Notes: a model not told the origin generated them from the letters alone. 58,424 nt of DNA from Candidatus Nealsonbacteria bacterium (GCA_030643485.1 DAOWLG010000038.1:1-58424); one strand, 5' to 3'; shown: positions 28,848 to 38,770, counted from the first letter of the stretch. A program made the numbers and translations.

Positions 28848-29288
28848 ATGTTACAATTATTTACTAAAAAACATAAAGGTTTCACATTGATTGAATTACT
28901 GGTAGTTATTTCCATTATCGGCATCCTATCCTCCATTGTCGTAGTTTCAATGGGTTCAGCAAAGGGAAAAGCGAGAGACGCGAGAAGGCAATCTGATATG
29001 AGACAGATAGGCACTGCTTGCGAGTTGTTTTATACCGACGGCAGCGTATATCCGACATCCGAAACTTATGGCGGACTGTCCATCGGCGATTATATGAGCT
29101 CGCTTCCTGTCCCTCAATCAGGCGATACTTATACATGGGAAGACAACCTTACACCTTCGGTTCCTCAAAAATTTTGTATTTGGGTTTTAGCAGAAGACGA
29201 TACAACTTATTTCGCGTCTTCGCATAAAGGAAGTAGAATGGATTTGATTGTCAGTCCTGCTACAAAAGGCACTGATTGCTGGGATTAA
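28848..29288 (+). CDS. Type IV pilin (major-pilin/GspG-like)
   Basis: KG|FTLIELLVVISIIGILS; ARDARR.SD. Confidence 0.92.
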   Translation: MLQLFTKKHKGFTLIELLVVISIIGILSSIVVVSMGSAKGKARDARRQSDMRQIGTACELFYTDGSVYPTSETYGGLSIGDYMSSLPVPQSGDTYTWEDNLTPSVPQKFCIWVLAEDDTTYFASSHKGSRMDLIVSPATKGTDCWD

Positions 29289-29361
29289 GAAAAATCAAGG
29301 AAATCGTAATAATCATTTCCCAAATCCCCGTTGTTTAGGCGGGGATTTTGATTGGGGGTTG

Positions 29362-29433
29362 CCCCACACCTAATAAGGACTGACTTCGTCAATTTTAGAC
29401 GCCTTCGGCGTCTTGTCCTTATTAGGTGTGGGG
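29362..29433. repeat. CCCCACACCTA-family element, copy E
   Basis: CCCCACACCTAATAAGGAC…GTCCTTATTAGGTGTGGGG. Confidence 0.85.
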
Positions 29434-29470
29434 TTGAGTTTTTGGGGGAATTAGTTTATTATGAGATATA

Positions 29471-30319
29471 ATGGATTTATTTTTTTATTTTTTTATATTT
29501 TTATTTGGATTGTGTATTGGCAGTTTTTTGAATTGCGTAATTTATTTGCTTGAAAGTAAAGAGAGACCTGTTCGCGGCCAAACGCGGCGAACAGGCATCC
29601 TGGGACGTTCCTTTTGCCCTAATTGCGGCCATATTTTATCCTGGAAAGATTTAATTCCTGTCTTAAGTTTTTTAATTTTGAAAGCAAAGTGCCGCTATTG
29701 CCAGAAACCTATTTCTTTACAATATCCAATAGTAGAAATAGCAACAGGGTTGCTGTTTCTACTAATTTTCAATTTTCAATTTTCAATTTTCAATCAATTT
29801 TCAATTTTCAATTTTCAAAGCATCATAGCCTTCTTTTTTCTGCTATTGATTACTTGTTTCCTGATAATTATCTTTGTTTATGATTTCAAACATTATATTA
29901 TTCCCGACAAGGTGATTTATCCTGCAATAGTTATCACCTTTTTTTATCATCTAACCAGCCATTGGGATTTGGGACTTGGCTGGCCATTAGTTATTGGGAT
30001 TTGGGACTTCATATCGCCTGCGCTTCTCGCTTCAGGATTTTTTTTGTCTATTGTCCTTATCTCACGCGGAAAATGGATGGGCTTGGGCGATGTAGGGCTT
30101 GCTTTTTTAATGGGTCTTTTACTTGGATTTCCTAATATCTTAGTAGCACTCTTCCTTGCGTTCTCAATTGGTGCTATAATAGGAACAGGGCTGATAATTA
30201 AACACAAGAAGACCCTGAAAAGCGAAGTGCCGTTTGGGCCATTTTTAGTAATCGGCACGTTTATTGCAATGTTCTGGGGAGAAAAAATTGTAAATTGGTA
30301 TCTAAATTTTGCCATATAA
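29471..30319 (+). CDS. pilD: Prepilin peptidase / N-methyltransferase
   Basis: GSFLN, CPNC…CRYC, YD…IPD, MGLGD, PFGPF. Confidence 0.95.
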   Translation: MDLFFYFFIFLFGLCIGSFLNCVIYLLESKERPVRGQTRRTGILGRSFCPNCGHILSWKDLIPVLSFLILKAKCRYCQKPISLQYPIVEIATGLLFLLIFNFQFSIFNQFSIFNFQSIIAFFFLLLITCFLIIIFVYDFKHYIIPDKVIYPAIVITFFYHLTSHWDLGLGWPLVIGIWDFISPALLASGFFLSIVLISRGKWMGLGDVGLAFLMGLLLGFPNILVALFLAFSIGAIIGTGLIIKHKKTLKSEVPFGPFLVIGTFIAMFWGEKIVNWYLNFAI

Positions 30320-30322
30320 AAA

Positions 30323-30871
30323 ATGTTAAAATATAAGGGATTTACTTTAATTGAGATTTTAGTAGTTATGGGCATTATTGTTTTTTTCACAGGTTTAGTT
30401 TTGGTAAATTACAAAACAGGCGGAAATAAGTTTGCATTGCAGAGGTCTGTTAATAAATTAGCGCAGGACATAAGAAGAGCGGAACAGATGGCGATGTCAA
30501 TGAAAAAATTTTCTTGTTCATCAGGAGAATTAAGAGGATATGGAATAAAATTTGATAAAACTTTGACTACTTATAACTATAAAATTTGGGCAAAATGTAA
30601 TTCTAGTAATGAAGAAACAACGATTGATGGAGCAATAGAAAAAGGAGTAAGTATAAGCGAGTTAAATTCAAAAAAAAGCGGAAGTCCGGATGCCTTCTAT
30701 GATATTTTTTTTGTATTTTTTTATCCGCCTGATCCTAATGTAGATTTTGAAGACATAGATGGTAATAATATTGACGCAGATATTGTAGAAATAATTTTAG
30801 AAGTAAAAGATAGTTCTTTTCCTTCTATGTCTATAACCATTAATAAAGCCGGGCTAGTGGAGATAGAATAA
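30323..30871 (+). CDS. Minor pilin (FimT/GspH-like)
   Basis: KG|FTLIEIL; terminal I.INKAGL. Confidence 0.85.
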   Translation: MLKYKGFTLIEILVVMGIIVFFTGLVLVNYKTGGNKFALQRSVNKLAQDIRRAEQMAMSMKKFSCSSGELRGYGIKFDKTLTTYNYKIWAKCNSSNEETTIDGAIEKGVSISELNSKKSGSPDAFYDIFFVFFYPPDPNVDFEDIDGNNIDADIVEIILEVKDSSFPSMSITINKAGLVEIE

Positions 30872-30879
30872 AATTTTCA

Positions 30880-31434
30880 ATGAAAATTAAAAAAATAAAA
30901 AAATCTAATAATATCGGTTTTACCTTACTTGAAGTGATGATTGCTATTTTTTTTCTCACTGTTGGTATAGGGGGTGCTTTTACGGTTATTCAAAGGACAG
31001 TTGGCTTGTCTTATATTAACGCTTCGCGATTAGTTGCTGCAAATTTGGCGCAGGAAGGGATTGAAATCGTGAGAAATATCAGGGATACTAATTGGATAGA
31101 GGGAGAGGATTGGGACAAAGGAATTGGTATTCAATATACAGGTACTCCATTAGATTCAGTATATTATGAAGTGCAATACAATGATAAAGAAGCGGACATA
31201 GTCGTTTGCGTAACGCCTTGCGACTATAACGATATGAGATTTTTGAATATTGACGAAGATAGTTTTTATAGTTACAAGGATTCAGGAATATATACCACAA
31301 CAAAATTCAAGAGAAAAATCGCTATTTCAGATAAAGATAGCGACAAATTAAAAGTAACAGTAATAGTAGAATGGCAAGAGCGTGGAACAACTCATAATTT
31401 TACGGCTCAAGAATATTTGTATAATTGGAAATGA
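30880..31434 (+). CDS. Minor pilin (PilV-like)
   Basis: G|FTLLEV; A.NLAQEGIE..RN.RD; terminal LYNW. Confidence 0.88.
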   Translation: MKIKKIKKSNNIGFTLLEVMIAIFFLTVGIGGAFTVIQRTVGLSYINASRLVAANLAQEGIEIVRNIRDTNWIEGEDWDKGIGIQYTGTPLDSVYYEVQYNDKEADIVVCVTPCDYNDMRFLNIDEDSFYSYKDSGIYTTTKFKRKIAISDKDSDKLKVTVIVEWQERGTTHNFTAQEYLYNWK

Positions 31435-31446
31435 GCAAAAAGGAAT

Positions 31447-31782
31447 GTGTTATCTAAACAAAATCGTCTTATTAAGAAAAAGGATTTTGAAAAAGTTTTT
31501 AAGGAAGGCAAAGGATATAGAAAGGATTTTTTATTTTTGAAGACAAATAAAAATGATTTGGATTTTACTAGATTTGGCTTTATAGTGAGTAAAAAAATTT
31601 CCAATAAAGCAGTGGCGCGGAATAAGATAAAAAGACAACTAAGAGAAATAGTCCGTAAGAAAATACCGGAAATAAAAAAAGGGATAGATGTTATTGTAAT
31701 TGCAATGTCCGGGATAGAAATTCAAAGTTTTCAGGAGATAGAAAAAACAATAGATGAAATTTTTAATATTAAAAATAATTAA
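31447..31782 (+). CDS. rnpA: Ribonuclease P protein component
   Basis: [18 protein letters not shown]…AV.RN.IKR. Confidence 0.95.
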   Translation: MLSKQNRLIKKKDFEKVFKEGKGYRKDFLFLKTNKNDLDFTRFGFIVSKKISNKAVARNKIKRQLREIVRKKIPEIKKGIDVIVIAMSGIEIQSFQEIEKTIDEIFNIKNN

Positions 31783-31960
31783 ATTTTATCAGGGGTTTAT
31801 TTCACCTTATTTGGGTAGCCATTGTCGGTTTTATCCGAGTTGTTCGGAATATTGTTATTTGGCAATTCAGAAATACGGACTTCTTAAAGGATTATTTTTA
31901 GGGACAAAAAGAATTCTTAAGTGCCATCCGTGGAATAAAGGAGGAATAGATACCCCTTAA
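31754..31960 (+). CDS. yidD: Membrane protein insertion efficiency factor YidD
   Basis: [10 protein letters not shown]…[11 protein letters not shown]. Confidence 0.95.
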   Translation: MKFLILKIIKFYQGFISPYLGSHCRFYPSCSEYCYLAIQKYGLLKGLFLGTKRILKCHPWNKGGIDTP

Positions 31961-32091
31961 TTTTCAATTATCAATTTTCAATTATCAATCAATTATCAAA
32001 TTCCAATTTTCAAACAAATTAATTAATTTTATTCATTGAAAATTGAATCATTGAAAATTCATTGAAAATTGGTTATTGAAAATTGAAAATT
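31959..32091. repeat. 133-bp heptamer-based element between yidD and yidC
   Basis: Near-identical to 19579-19711. Confidence 0.9.
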
Positions 32092-32099
32092 TTTGCATT

Positions 32100-32840
32100 G
32101 TGTTTGAGATTTTAATTTCTTTTTTTGATATTGTTTTATATAAGCCATTATTCAATGGTTTGATTTTATTGTACCAGTATTTGCCGGGTCAGGACTTTGG
32201 GATAGCCGTGATTGTCTTGACTGTTTCCATAAAAATAGTATTATATCCTTTAGGAGCAAAAAGCATTAAAATGCAAAAAGCATTGTCTGAACTTCAGCCA
32301 AAGATGAAAGAAATTCAGGAGAAATTTAAGCAGGATAAGGAAAAACAGGCAAAGGCGATGATGGAACTTTATCAAAAAGAAAAGATTAATCCCCTTTCCG
32401 GATGTTTGCCCTTATTAGTGCAACTGCCAATTTTAATTGCTCTTTATAGGGTATTTTGGAAAGGGCTGCAACCGGAACATATGGTTTATCTTTACAGTTT
32501 TGTTCCTTCCCCCGGAGTAATTAATTCTACTTTTTTGGGAATAATTGATTTAGCAGTGCCTTGTATTGCTTTAGCGTTTTTAGCAGGGATTCTTCAGTTT
32601 TTTCAGACCAAAATGATGATGCCGCACTTTTCCAAAAAGAGCGGCGGCGCAAAAAAGAAAGACCAGATGGGGCAATTTTCAGATATGATGCAAAAACAAA
32701 TGCTTTACTTTTTTCCGGTTTTCACGGTTATGATCCTATGGACGCTCCCTTCTGCTATTGGATTATACTGGATTGTTTTTACTCTATTCGCTATCATCCA
32801 GCAGCATTTTACCTTGGGAACATCTAAACAAAATGATTAA
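32100..32840 (+). CDS. yidC: Membrane protein insertase YidC (short form)
   Basis: LQPKMKEIQ, INPLSGCLP.LVQ.PI, LYW; GTG start inferred. Confidence 0.93.
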   Translation: MFEILISFFDIVLYKPLFNGLILLYQYLPGQDFGIAVIVLTVSIKIVLYPLGAKSIKMQKALSELQPKMKEIQEKFKQDKEKQAKAMMELYQKEKINPLSGCLPLLVQLPILIALYRVFWKGLQPEHMVYLYSFVPSPGVINSTFLGIIDLAVPCIALAFLAGILQFFQTKMMMPHFSKKSGGAKKKDQMGQFSDMMQKQMLYFFPVFTVMILWTLPSAIGLYWIVFTLFAIIQQHFTLGTSKQND

Positions 32841-33294
32841 CAAAAAAGACTTAAAAACAATTGAAAAAATTACCAATGAGTTTTTTAAGAAAACCGGTTT
32901 TGAGATAGAGGTTGAAATAAAGCCGGGTCAGGACATAACTATTTTAATTGACTTAAAAATGGAAGAGCCACAGATTTTTATTGGAGAAGGCGGCAATACC
33001 TTGTCGGAGATTCAACGCTTATTAATAGCGATATTAAGAAGAAAAATTCCTAATATGTTTTACATTGATTTAGATATTCAGGACTATAAAAAGAAAAAAA
33101 ACGAATACTTAAAGGATTTGGCTCAATCCATAGCAGATGATGTGGCGCTGTACAAAAAAGAAAAAATCCTTTCCCCGATGTCGGCTTACGAGAGAAGGAT
33201 TATACATTTGGCATTAGAGGGAAGGCAAGATGTAATTTCAGAAAGCATTGGCGAGGGAATAGAAAGAAGAATAGTTATAAGGATACAGGAATAA
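32833..33294 (+). CDS. jag: Jag/KhpB (KH + R3H) RNA-binding protein
   Basis: IG..G.TL..IQ; PMSAYERRIIH; S.GEG..R. Confidence 0.9.
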   Translation: MINKKDLKTIEKITNEFFKKTGFEIEVEIKPGQDITILIDLKMEEPQIFIGEGGNTLSEIQRLLIAILRRKIPNMFYIDLDIQDYKKKKNEYLKDLAQSIADDVALYKKEKILSPMSAYERRIIHLALEGRQDVISESIGEGIERRIVIRIQE

Positions 33295-34591
33295 TCATCA
33301 TTGATTCAATTTTTATGCCTTCTGGTTCTGGGTCGTAGACATAACTGCCTTTTATAGTTGGAACACAGTCGCCAGTTTTTGGTTTTTTGAAAAGCTGGCA
33401 TTTTGCTGTTTCGTCTCCAAAACCTTCTTGCGTGTTAAGTAGGACTTCAAAATTTCCAGTGATTTTGAAAGATAGAATATTTTTATGCAATGGTTTTGTA
33501 GTGCCTTCAAAAAAATCAAATTCAAGATTTTCAAAGATTTCTGCCATAGTAGGCGTGAATGTTTTTTTGTTTCCTTTACAATCAATTGAATCATAAAAAG
33601 TTATATCTCCCGAGGTTTCTTCTTCTAAATTTAAGAGAGACAAAGAGGAAAGTTTATCTAATCCTATGGGATGGATATAGGAGAGACCTGGCGGTGAGAC
33701 AGATAAATTTTCTATATCTAATTCTCCTAATGCAACGCCGCATTCGCCTCTGAATTCGTTTTCAGTAAATAAAATCGCGCCATATAAAAAATCCGTTTTA
33801 TTATTGAATTTAATTGATTGCGTTTTGTTGTTCCAGTCGCCAAGATTGGATTCACTATTAGAAAGATATTTTGGCGGTTCTAAACAAGTATATTCACCGC
33901 TTGTATTTTCGCAAAAATCAATTTTTTTATAGAGATAAACACCAGATTTATTCCAAAAAAATAATAAAGATTTTGGAACAAAGTTAAAATTAGGTATTTG
34001 TTCTCCATTTTTAATTTCCATTATTTCCTCGTCTGTTGTTGCTTTGTAATTTTTATTTTTATAGATAAAAACCGATGTTAACTCATCAGGAGAATCTATA
34101 AATTCCATTGAGTCAGCGTCAAAATTTTTAATGTCTGAAAAATCTGTTGTTATATGTTTTTTCTTTTCTTCTGCATCTATAAGATAGATTCCGGTAACCG
34201 GCATTAATGGTTTCATTTTTCCAAAAATAGCAAGTTGAGGATTAATAGTAATTAAAATTAAATAAGTGAAAAGCAAAAGTAACAACCCCATAATCCCTCC
34301 GAGCATCCATGACCTTGCGTCGCTGATTGCCGCTGGGTTGCCAACAGACGACATCCAGCGAATCCCTCCAAAAAGCAAAACGGCAAAAGCCAAAATTCCT
34401 CCAATCATCACGGAAAAATTAAAAATGTATTTTATGTACCCTGGCAGTTCAGTCCCTTCAGCCGGCGCTTCCGCTCCCGGCACGTTCGGATAATCAATTT
34501 CCAATCCCCTTTCCGCAAACGAAAAACCACTGCACGCACAAATCACCAGAACCGCAAAAAGAGATATTAATATGAGTTTTTGGTTATTCAT
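33275..34591 (-). CDS. TrbC/VirB2-pilin-like membrane domain plus extracellular beta-rich domain
   Basis: Signal peptide, GLEIDYP…GGIRWM.S.GNP…INP module; crystallin-like Y/F-x-x-x-x-F/Y-x-G motifs. Confidence 0.7.
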   Translation of the reverse strand: MNNQKLILISLFAVLVICACSGFSFAERGLEIDYPNVPGAEAPAEGTELPGYIKYIFNFSVMIGGILAFAVLLFGGIRWMSSVGNPAAISDARSWMLGGIMGLLLLLFTYLILITINPQLAIFGKMKPLMPVTGIYLIDAEEKKKHITTDFSDIKNFDADSMEFIDSPDELTSVFIYKNKNYKATTDEEIMEIKNGEQIPNFNFVPKSLLFFWNKSGVYLYKKIDFCENTSGEYTCLEPPKYLSNSESNLGDWNNKTQSIKFNNKTDFLYGAILFTENEFRGECGVALGELDIENLSVSPPGLSYIHPIGLDKLSSLSLLNLEEETSGDITFYDSIDCKGNKKTFTPTMAEIFENLEFDFFEGTTKPLHKNILSFKITGNFEVLLNTQEGFGDETAKCQLFKKPKTGDCVPTIKGSYVYDPEPEGIKIESMMIIPVSL

Positions 34592-34611
34592 ATTTTTGCT
34601 GCCCCGTCCTT

Positions 34612-34780
34612 TGTCATTGCGAGGACCGCCACCATTGTCATTGCGAGAAGCGAACGAAGTGAGCGACGAAGCAATCTCTATTCCCTATTTAGATTGCTTC
34701 GGCTTCGCCTCGCAATGACAGGAGGGGGACGCTCGCAATGACAGATGGGACGCTCGCGATGTAGATGTCCGACATCTACA
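34612..34780. repeat. GTCATTGCGAG-family REP-like cluster plus GATGTCCGACATC palindrome
   Basis: GTCATTGCGAG…GAAGCAATCT / AGATTGCTTC…CTCGCAATGAC arms. Confidence 0.88.
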
Positions 34781-34788
34781 CTTCTATT

Positions 34789-36339
34789 TCAGAATGGTGT
34801 GGGAATAATAATTATTGATTCAACTCTTTTTGGATCAAAGCCAGGAAACGCCCAACTACTATATATGCTGTCGTTTTTTATACTATGGTAGCAGTTATCT
34901 GGTCCTTCGGGTTTTAAGAAAAGTTGGCAGTCATTGCCCTTAAAATGTTGCCCTGTGTTAAGCACAACTGCATAACTTCCATTGATATCAAAAGATAAAA
35001 TATTTCTATGTAATGATGAATCTATTTTTGGTCCAGGGGATTCTCCAGTGGGTTCAACCCTAAGGCAACAATCACTAGTGTAAGAGGGAGAATAATTGCA
35101 CAAAGAACAACAAGGGAAATTAGGAGGACAATCACAAGGAGTATTAGGACAACCTTTATTTGTTCCAAGATTTTTTAAAATCATTGCACCTTGATGACCC
35201 GTGAGGTCAATTTTTTTTCCATTTCCTGAACAATTAAGTCCGTCCCAGAAAACAACATCATCATAGGTTTCGCCCCAGATATTTATAAGAGCCAAAGAAG
35301 AGAGCGTATTATTTCCTATTCCATTTTCAGGAATATAATAGCCGCACCAGTCTGGCCATTCTGTGCTACATATATCTCTGGATAAATCTGGTATACTTAA
35401 ATGGAAAGCATAACCGCATTTACCTCTATGTTTATCATTAGTGAATAAAACAGCGCCGTATGTATTTTCCGGATTAAATTTTAAGGAATCTGCCCTGTTC
35501 TCCCATTTTCCGAGTTTTTCAACGCTTCCAGAAAGGTATTTTGGTGGCGTGGCGCAGAGATATTCGCTGGTGTCAGGGTTATCTAAGTCGCTTTCGCAAT
35601 AATCTGTTCCCTCATAGAGATAGACGCCCTGCTTATTTCTAAGAAAATAAATTGATTTTGGCGCAAAATCCTTATCCTCGTCAAAACTAATACTACCGTC
35701 CTTATTTTTAATTCTTTCTATCTCCGTGAAAAAATCGGCTTTGTAATTTTCATTTTTGAAAATAAAAACCGAAGTTAATTCATCAGGAGAACTGATAAAA
35801 AACATAGAGTTTGCTTGAAATTTATCAGTATCAATACTACCAGCATCTGTGACGAAATGTTGTTTTTGTTCTCCTTGTTTTTCCCCGACACAAGGAAGTT
35901 CACAAATATCTTGTTCACATAAACAAATTCCGGCAACCGGATCCAGAGGCTCCATTTTTTGGATAAACGCTAAATCAGGATTGATAGTGGTTAAAATTAG
36001 ATAAGAACCGAGCAAAAGCACTAATCCCATTATCCCGCCGAGCATCCATGACCTTGCGTCGCTGATTGCCGCTGGATTACCAACAGAAGCCATCCAGCGA
36101 ATTCCCCCAAAAAGCAAAACGGCAAAAGCCAAAATTCCTCCAATCATCACGGAAAAATTAAAAATGTATTTTATGTACCCTGGCAGTTCAGTCCCTTCAG
36201 CCGGCGCTTCCGCTCCCGGCGCGTTCGGATAATCAATTTCCAATCCCCTTTCCGCAAAAGTAAAACCGCTGCACGCGCAAATCGTGAAAACAGCAAAAAG
36301 AGATATTAAAATAATTTTCTGGTTAGATTTGTAATTCAT
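34789..36339 (-). CDS. Paralog of 33275-34591 with Cys-rich insertions
   Basis: Near-identical N-terminal ~95 aa; divergent C-terminus. Confidence 0.7.
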   Translation of the reverse strand: MNYKSNQKIILISLFAVFTICACSGFTFAERGLEIDYPNAPGAEAPAEGTELPGYIKYIFNFSVMIGGILAFAVLLFGGIRWMASVGNPAAISDARSWMLGGIMGLVLLLGSYLILTTINPDLAFIQKMEPLDPVAGICLCEQDICELPCVGEKQGEQKQHFVTDAGSIDTDKFQANSMFFISSPDELTSVFIFKNENYKADFFTEIERIKNKDGSISFDEDKDFAPKSIYFLRNKQGVYLYEGTDYCESDLDNPDTSEYLCATPPKYLSGSVEKLGKWENRADSLKFNPENTYGAVLFTNDKHRGKCGYAFHLSIPDLSRDICSTEWPDWCGYYIPENGIGNNTLSSLALINIWGETYDDVVFWDGLNCSGNGKKIDLTGHQGAMILKNLGTNKGCPNTPCDCPPNFPCCSLCNYSPSYTSDCCLRVEPTGESPGPKIDSSLHRNILSFDINGSYAVVLNTGQHFKGNDCQLFLKPEGPDNCYHSIKNDSIYSSWAFPGFDPKRVESIIIIPTPF

Positions 36340-36342
36340 ATT

Positions 36343-37608
36343 TCATTTCAATAATAATTTCCATAAAGGAAGGTATTTAATATTTTTACCTTTGAATTTT
36401 TCTATTTTTTCATTGTCCCAAGTAATAATTTCTAAGGTCTTACAGTTTAATTCTTTACTCGCCTCAATCAATGCCATTAATTCCCGTTTTTCTACTTCCG
36501 GATTATCTATTTGATAACATACCTGAATTAATTTCTCAATTTTTAATCCTTTCCTTAATATAAAGTCAACTTCTTTTCCGTTTCTCGTTTTATAATAAAA
36601 AACATCTTTATTGGATGTGTATCCCTTTCTTAAAATTTCAACAAAAACCAAATTTTCCATTAGTTTGCCAAGATTTTGAGAAAACTGAAACGCTTTTGCC
36701 AAAATAAAACCATTATCAATAAGGTAAACCTTTTTTGGCGTTCTAATCTGTTCTTTTGTCTTGAAAGAAAACCTATTCAAAAGAAAAATCAAATATGCCT
36801 CTTCAAGATATTTTAAGTAATTTTGAACAGTATTTGTGCTTCTGAAATCCAAAGCATTTTTTAATTTTGTAAAACTGAATTCAGATGAAAAATTAGAAAT
36901 CAAATAAATAGAAAGGTCATAAATTTTTTGCGAAAATCTAATTCTATATCTTTTGACTACATCTTTAAATAAAATTGCGTCAAAAAGGGTAGCTAAATAA
37001 TCTTTGGCTTCTAATTTTTTAACCACAACTTCCGGAAAACCGCCTTTTTTGAGATATTCATCCAAATAATTCAAAATTTTGCCTTTTATTTCCGGCAGTC
37101 CGGTATATTCTTTTTTTATTTTGAAACCTTTTGCTATTAAAAATTCCTTAAAACTAAAAGGAAAAATTTCTATTGGAATATATCTTCCGGTTAAAGCGGT
37201 TCCCAATTCTTTACTCAAAAGATTGGCATTAGAGCCAGTCAAAATTAAATTATACCCTCTTCTTTGAAGTTTATTGACAAAGAGTTCCCAATTTTCTAAA
37301 TTTTGAATTTCGTCAAATAAAATAAACTTGGCATCAGGATAAACTTCAAAAATTACTTCTAAAATCTCATCGTAATTTTTCTTTTTCACTAAGTTTTCAT
37401 CATCAAAATTCAAATAAGCAAATTCCTTATCTCTTAAAAGTAAAAAAGAAAACACGGATTTTCCTACTCTTCTTGAACCTGTAATAACTTTTATTAAATC
37501 AGTATCTAAATTTCTTTTAGCAAAATCAAGTTTTTCTCGTAATACATATGTCTTTGAAACAAACTTTTCTTTTTCTAATTTATGTTGTAAAACAATGTTT
37601 TTTATCAT
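36343..37608 (-). CDS. AAA+ ATPase (AAA_14 + DUF4143 type)
   Basis: GSRRVGKS, FDEIQ, TGSN, GGFPE, KKVY.ID.G, EVDF. Confidence 0.88.
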   Translation of the reverse strand: MIKNIVLQHKLEKEKFVSKTYVLREKLDFAKRNLDTDLIKVITGSRRVGKSVFSFLLLRDKEFAYLNFDDENLVKKKNYDEILEVIFEVYPDAKFILFDEIQNLENWELFVNKLQRRGYNLILTGSNANLLSKELGTALTGRYIPIEIFPFSFKEFLIAKGFKIKKEYTGLPEIKGKILNYLDEYLKKGGFPEVVVKKLEAKDYLATLFDAILFKDVVKRYRIRFSQKIYDLSIYLISNFSSEFSFTKLKNALDFRSTNTVQNYLKYLEEAYLIFLLNRFSFKTKEQIRTPKKVYLIDNGFILAKAFQFSQNLGKLMENLVFVEILRKGYTSNKDVFYYKTRNGKEVDFILRKGLKIEKLIQVCYQIDNPEVEKRELMALIEASKELNCKTLEIITWDNEKIEKFKGKNIKYLPLWKLLLK

Positions 37609-37716
37609 ATTTCTGCTTGCTACTGAACAAAAATTCCATTTTTTGTTCACTACATCTATCTTACTGCACAAAATCGCTAATGTCAATGTGTAGATGTCGG
37701 ACATCTACACATTCAT

Positions 37717-38745
37717 TTATTCTCCCTCGCAGCAAAACCAATTATCCATATAAAATTCTCTTGCGTCTAAGCAATCATTGCTATTTGGACCTTGTTTGCA
37801 TTTTGGTAAAACATTATTTCTTATAGCATCTTTGAGCGGGGACACGGAATCATCGGGAAGATAATAAGGATAACAATGGGGATAATCAGTTATTTGGTCC
37901 TCAAAAAAGCCCAAAATAACCAGGTCGCCTAATACTATTTTATCTAAGGCAATCCTACAACTTAATGTTCTCATTTTTACCTTGCCTTCCTGTATAGGAA
38001 ACCCATAACCAGTAAGGCATTGCTCTAATTTTGAGCGCGAATTAAGAAGTTTATTTGTAATTTTCCATCTGTTTGGGTCATTTGGTAATAAATTTTTTAC
38101 TTCAATCAATTTTATAAATTTTTTACAAGGACATATCATAGTGTTGTAATTTGTTTCCACATTTGTATAATTATTTGTAATATTTATGGAATGAGTTGTA
38201 ATCTGAGCGAAAATAGAATTAATTTTTGAAATTTCTCTACAAGGGTGATTAACGCTATTGCAATCGCCACAACTAAGAGAGTAGTTTATATCGCAATTTT
38301 CTCCATTTTCATCGCAGTCGCAGTCACCAGAAGGATTACAACTACAAGAACAAGAGCAGGGCACTGCTGGACAATTATCTACGCAGCCATGATTATTGTC
38401 TTTGCTGGTGAAAAAGAGCAAACACCATGCTTCATCTATTTCTGCTTCTGCTTCATCTCTCATTGATAGAGTTTTATCTTTTATTGTGATTCCTTTATTA
38501 TAAATTTTATCAAGTTCAATGATTAGTTTTTCAGCAAATAATTCTGTTTCGTCAGTTGTCTCGCCAATCGGAATTTTGCCTTTTTCAATTTTTTCTTGAG
38601 TAAATTTATTTTCCTTAAACGGGTCCACCACGCATTTTTCTTTTTGTCCCCAAGCAAAAATTTCCCTGTTTGTATTATAGAACAAGGTTGCGGATAAAGA
38701 AAGTAAAATTATCAGGAAAAACCAAATTATTTTATTACCATTCAT
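37717..38745 (-). CDS. Secreted Cys-rich protein
   Basis: Signal/TM segment; IPIGE motif; many Cys. Confidence 0.7.
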   Translation of the reverse strand: MNGNKIIWFFLIILLSLSATLFYNTNREIFAWGQKEKCVVDPFKENKFTQEKIEKGKIPIGETTDETELFAEKLIIELDKIYNKGITIKDKTLSMRDEAEAEIDEAWCLLFFTSKDNNHGCVDNCPAVPCSCSCSCNPSGDCDCDENGENCDINYSLSCGDCNSVNHPCREISKINSIFAQITTHSINITNNYTNVETNYNTMICPCKKFIKLIEVKNLLPNDPNRWKITNKLLNSRSKLEQCLTGYGFPIQEGKVKMRTLSCRIALDKIVLGDLVILGFFEDQITDYPHCYPYYLPDDSVSPLKDAIRNNVLPKCKQGPNSNDCLDAREFYMDNWFCCEGE

Positions 38746-38770
38746 ATTTTTTATTCAACAAGATAATGAA

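Noticed and set aside
31432..31434. Alternative genetic code (TGA = Gly)
   Set aside because: TGA ends conserved genes at expected positions (PilV-like gene, ruvA, htrA) and long ORFs are intact under code 11
23152..32091. Inversion between the inverted heptamer elements as the cause of the gene order
   Set aside because: Flipping between these copies does not restore rpmH-rnpA or pilV-pilW adjacency
33275..36339. Diversity-generating retroelement behind the paralog repeats
   Set aside because: No reverse transcriptase in the window; repeats are N-terminal and differences are not adenine-specific
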